Virus record (IMG/VR): IMGVR_UViG_3300033388_005265
Span: 1 to 64,000 of that record
From: a virus
Direction: 5' to 3' (one strand)
Length of the DNA: 64,000 nt
The translations under genes and the position numbers were made by a program. The notes under the pieces are model-generated. The model made no database searches and was not told the origin of the DNA. It was given only the letters and a program-made list of their open reading frames with translations. This document shows, in pieces, positions 64,000-64,000 of this stretch (within the stretch, counting starts at the first letter, position 1; the number at the start of each line of letters is the position of its first letter).

Positions 64000-64000
64000 A

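Noticed and set aside
1-64000. Stop-codon reassignment suggested by the UUA tRNA-like element
   Set aside because: Genes are full length and densely packed under the standard code, and TAA, TAG and TGA all end real genes

Overview
A 64-kb segment of a large dsDNA bacteriophage genome. It is AT-rich and gene-dense. Genes run on the + strand to about 7.5 kb and then almost entirely on the - strand, interrupted by + strand endonuclease islands. Replication, recombination and nucleotide genes: primase-helicase, a DnaE split into two genes, RecA, class II RNR, dCMP deaminase, RusA, Cas4-like nucleases and the end of an ATP-dependent ligase. Other genes: a sigma factor, an actin-family ATPase, MoxR-AAA/VWA and Ycf46-AAA/DUF1257/DUF2997 modules, two radical SAM proteins, SPFH, a lytic transglycosylase and many homing-type endonucleases. 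An RNA-handling region holds tRNA-Ser, tRNA-Tyr, RtcB and phosphoesterases. Best leads: (1) a compact retron-type reverse transcriptase with an upstream ~170-nt structured RNA closed by a long-range inverted repeat (28.2-29.8 kb); (2) a circularly permuted tRNA-like RNA with the architecture of bacterial YrlA Y RNAs near rtcB (55.1-55.3 kb), plus a separate ~210-nt four-way-junction RNA between the two tRNAs; (3) a close-looking homolog of plant Whirly ssDNA-binding proteins; (4) an actin resembling the haloarchaeal Salactin/MamK group. Family calls come from motif recognition and all RNA folds were done by hand; no searches or folding programs were run.
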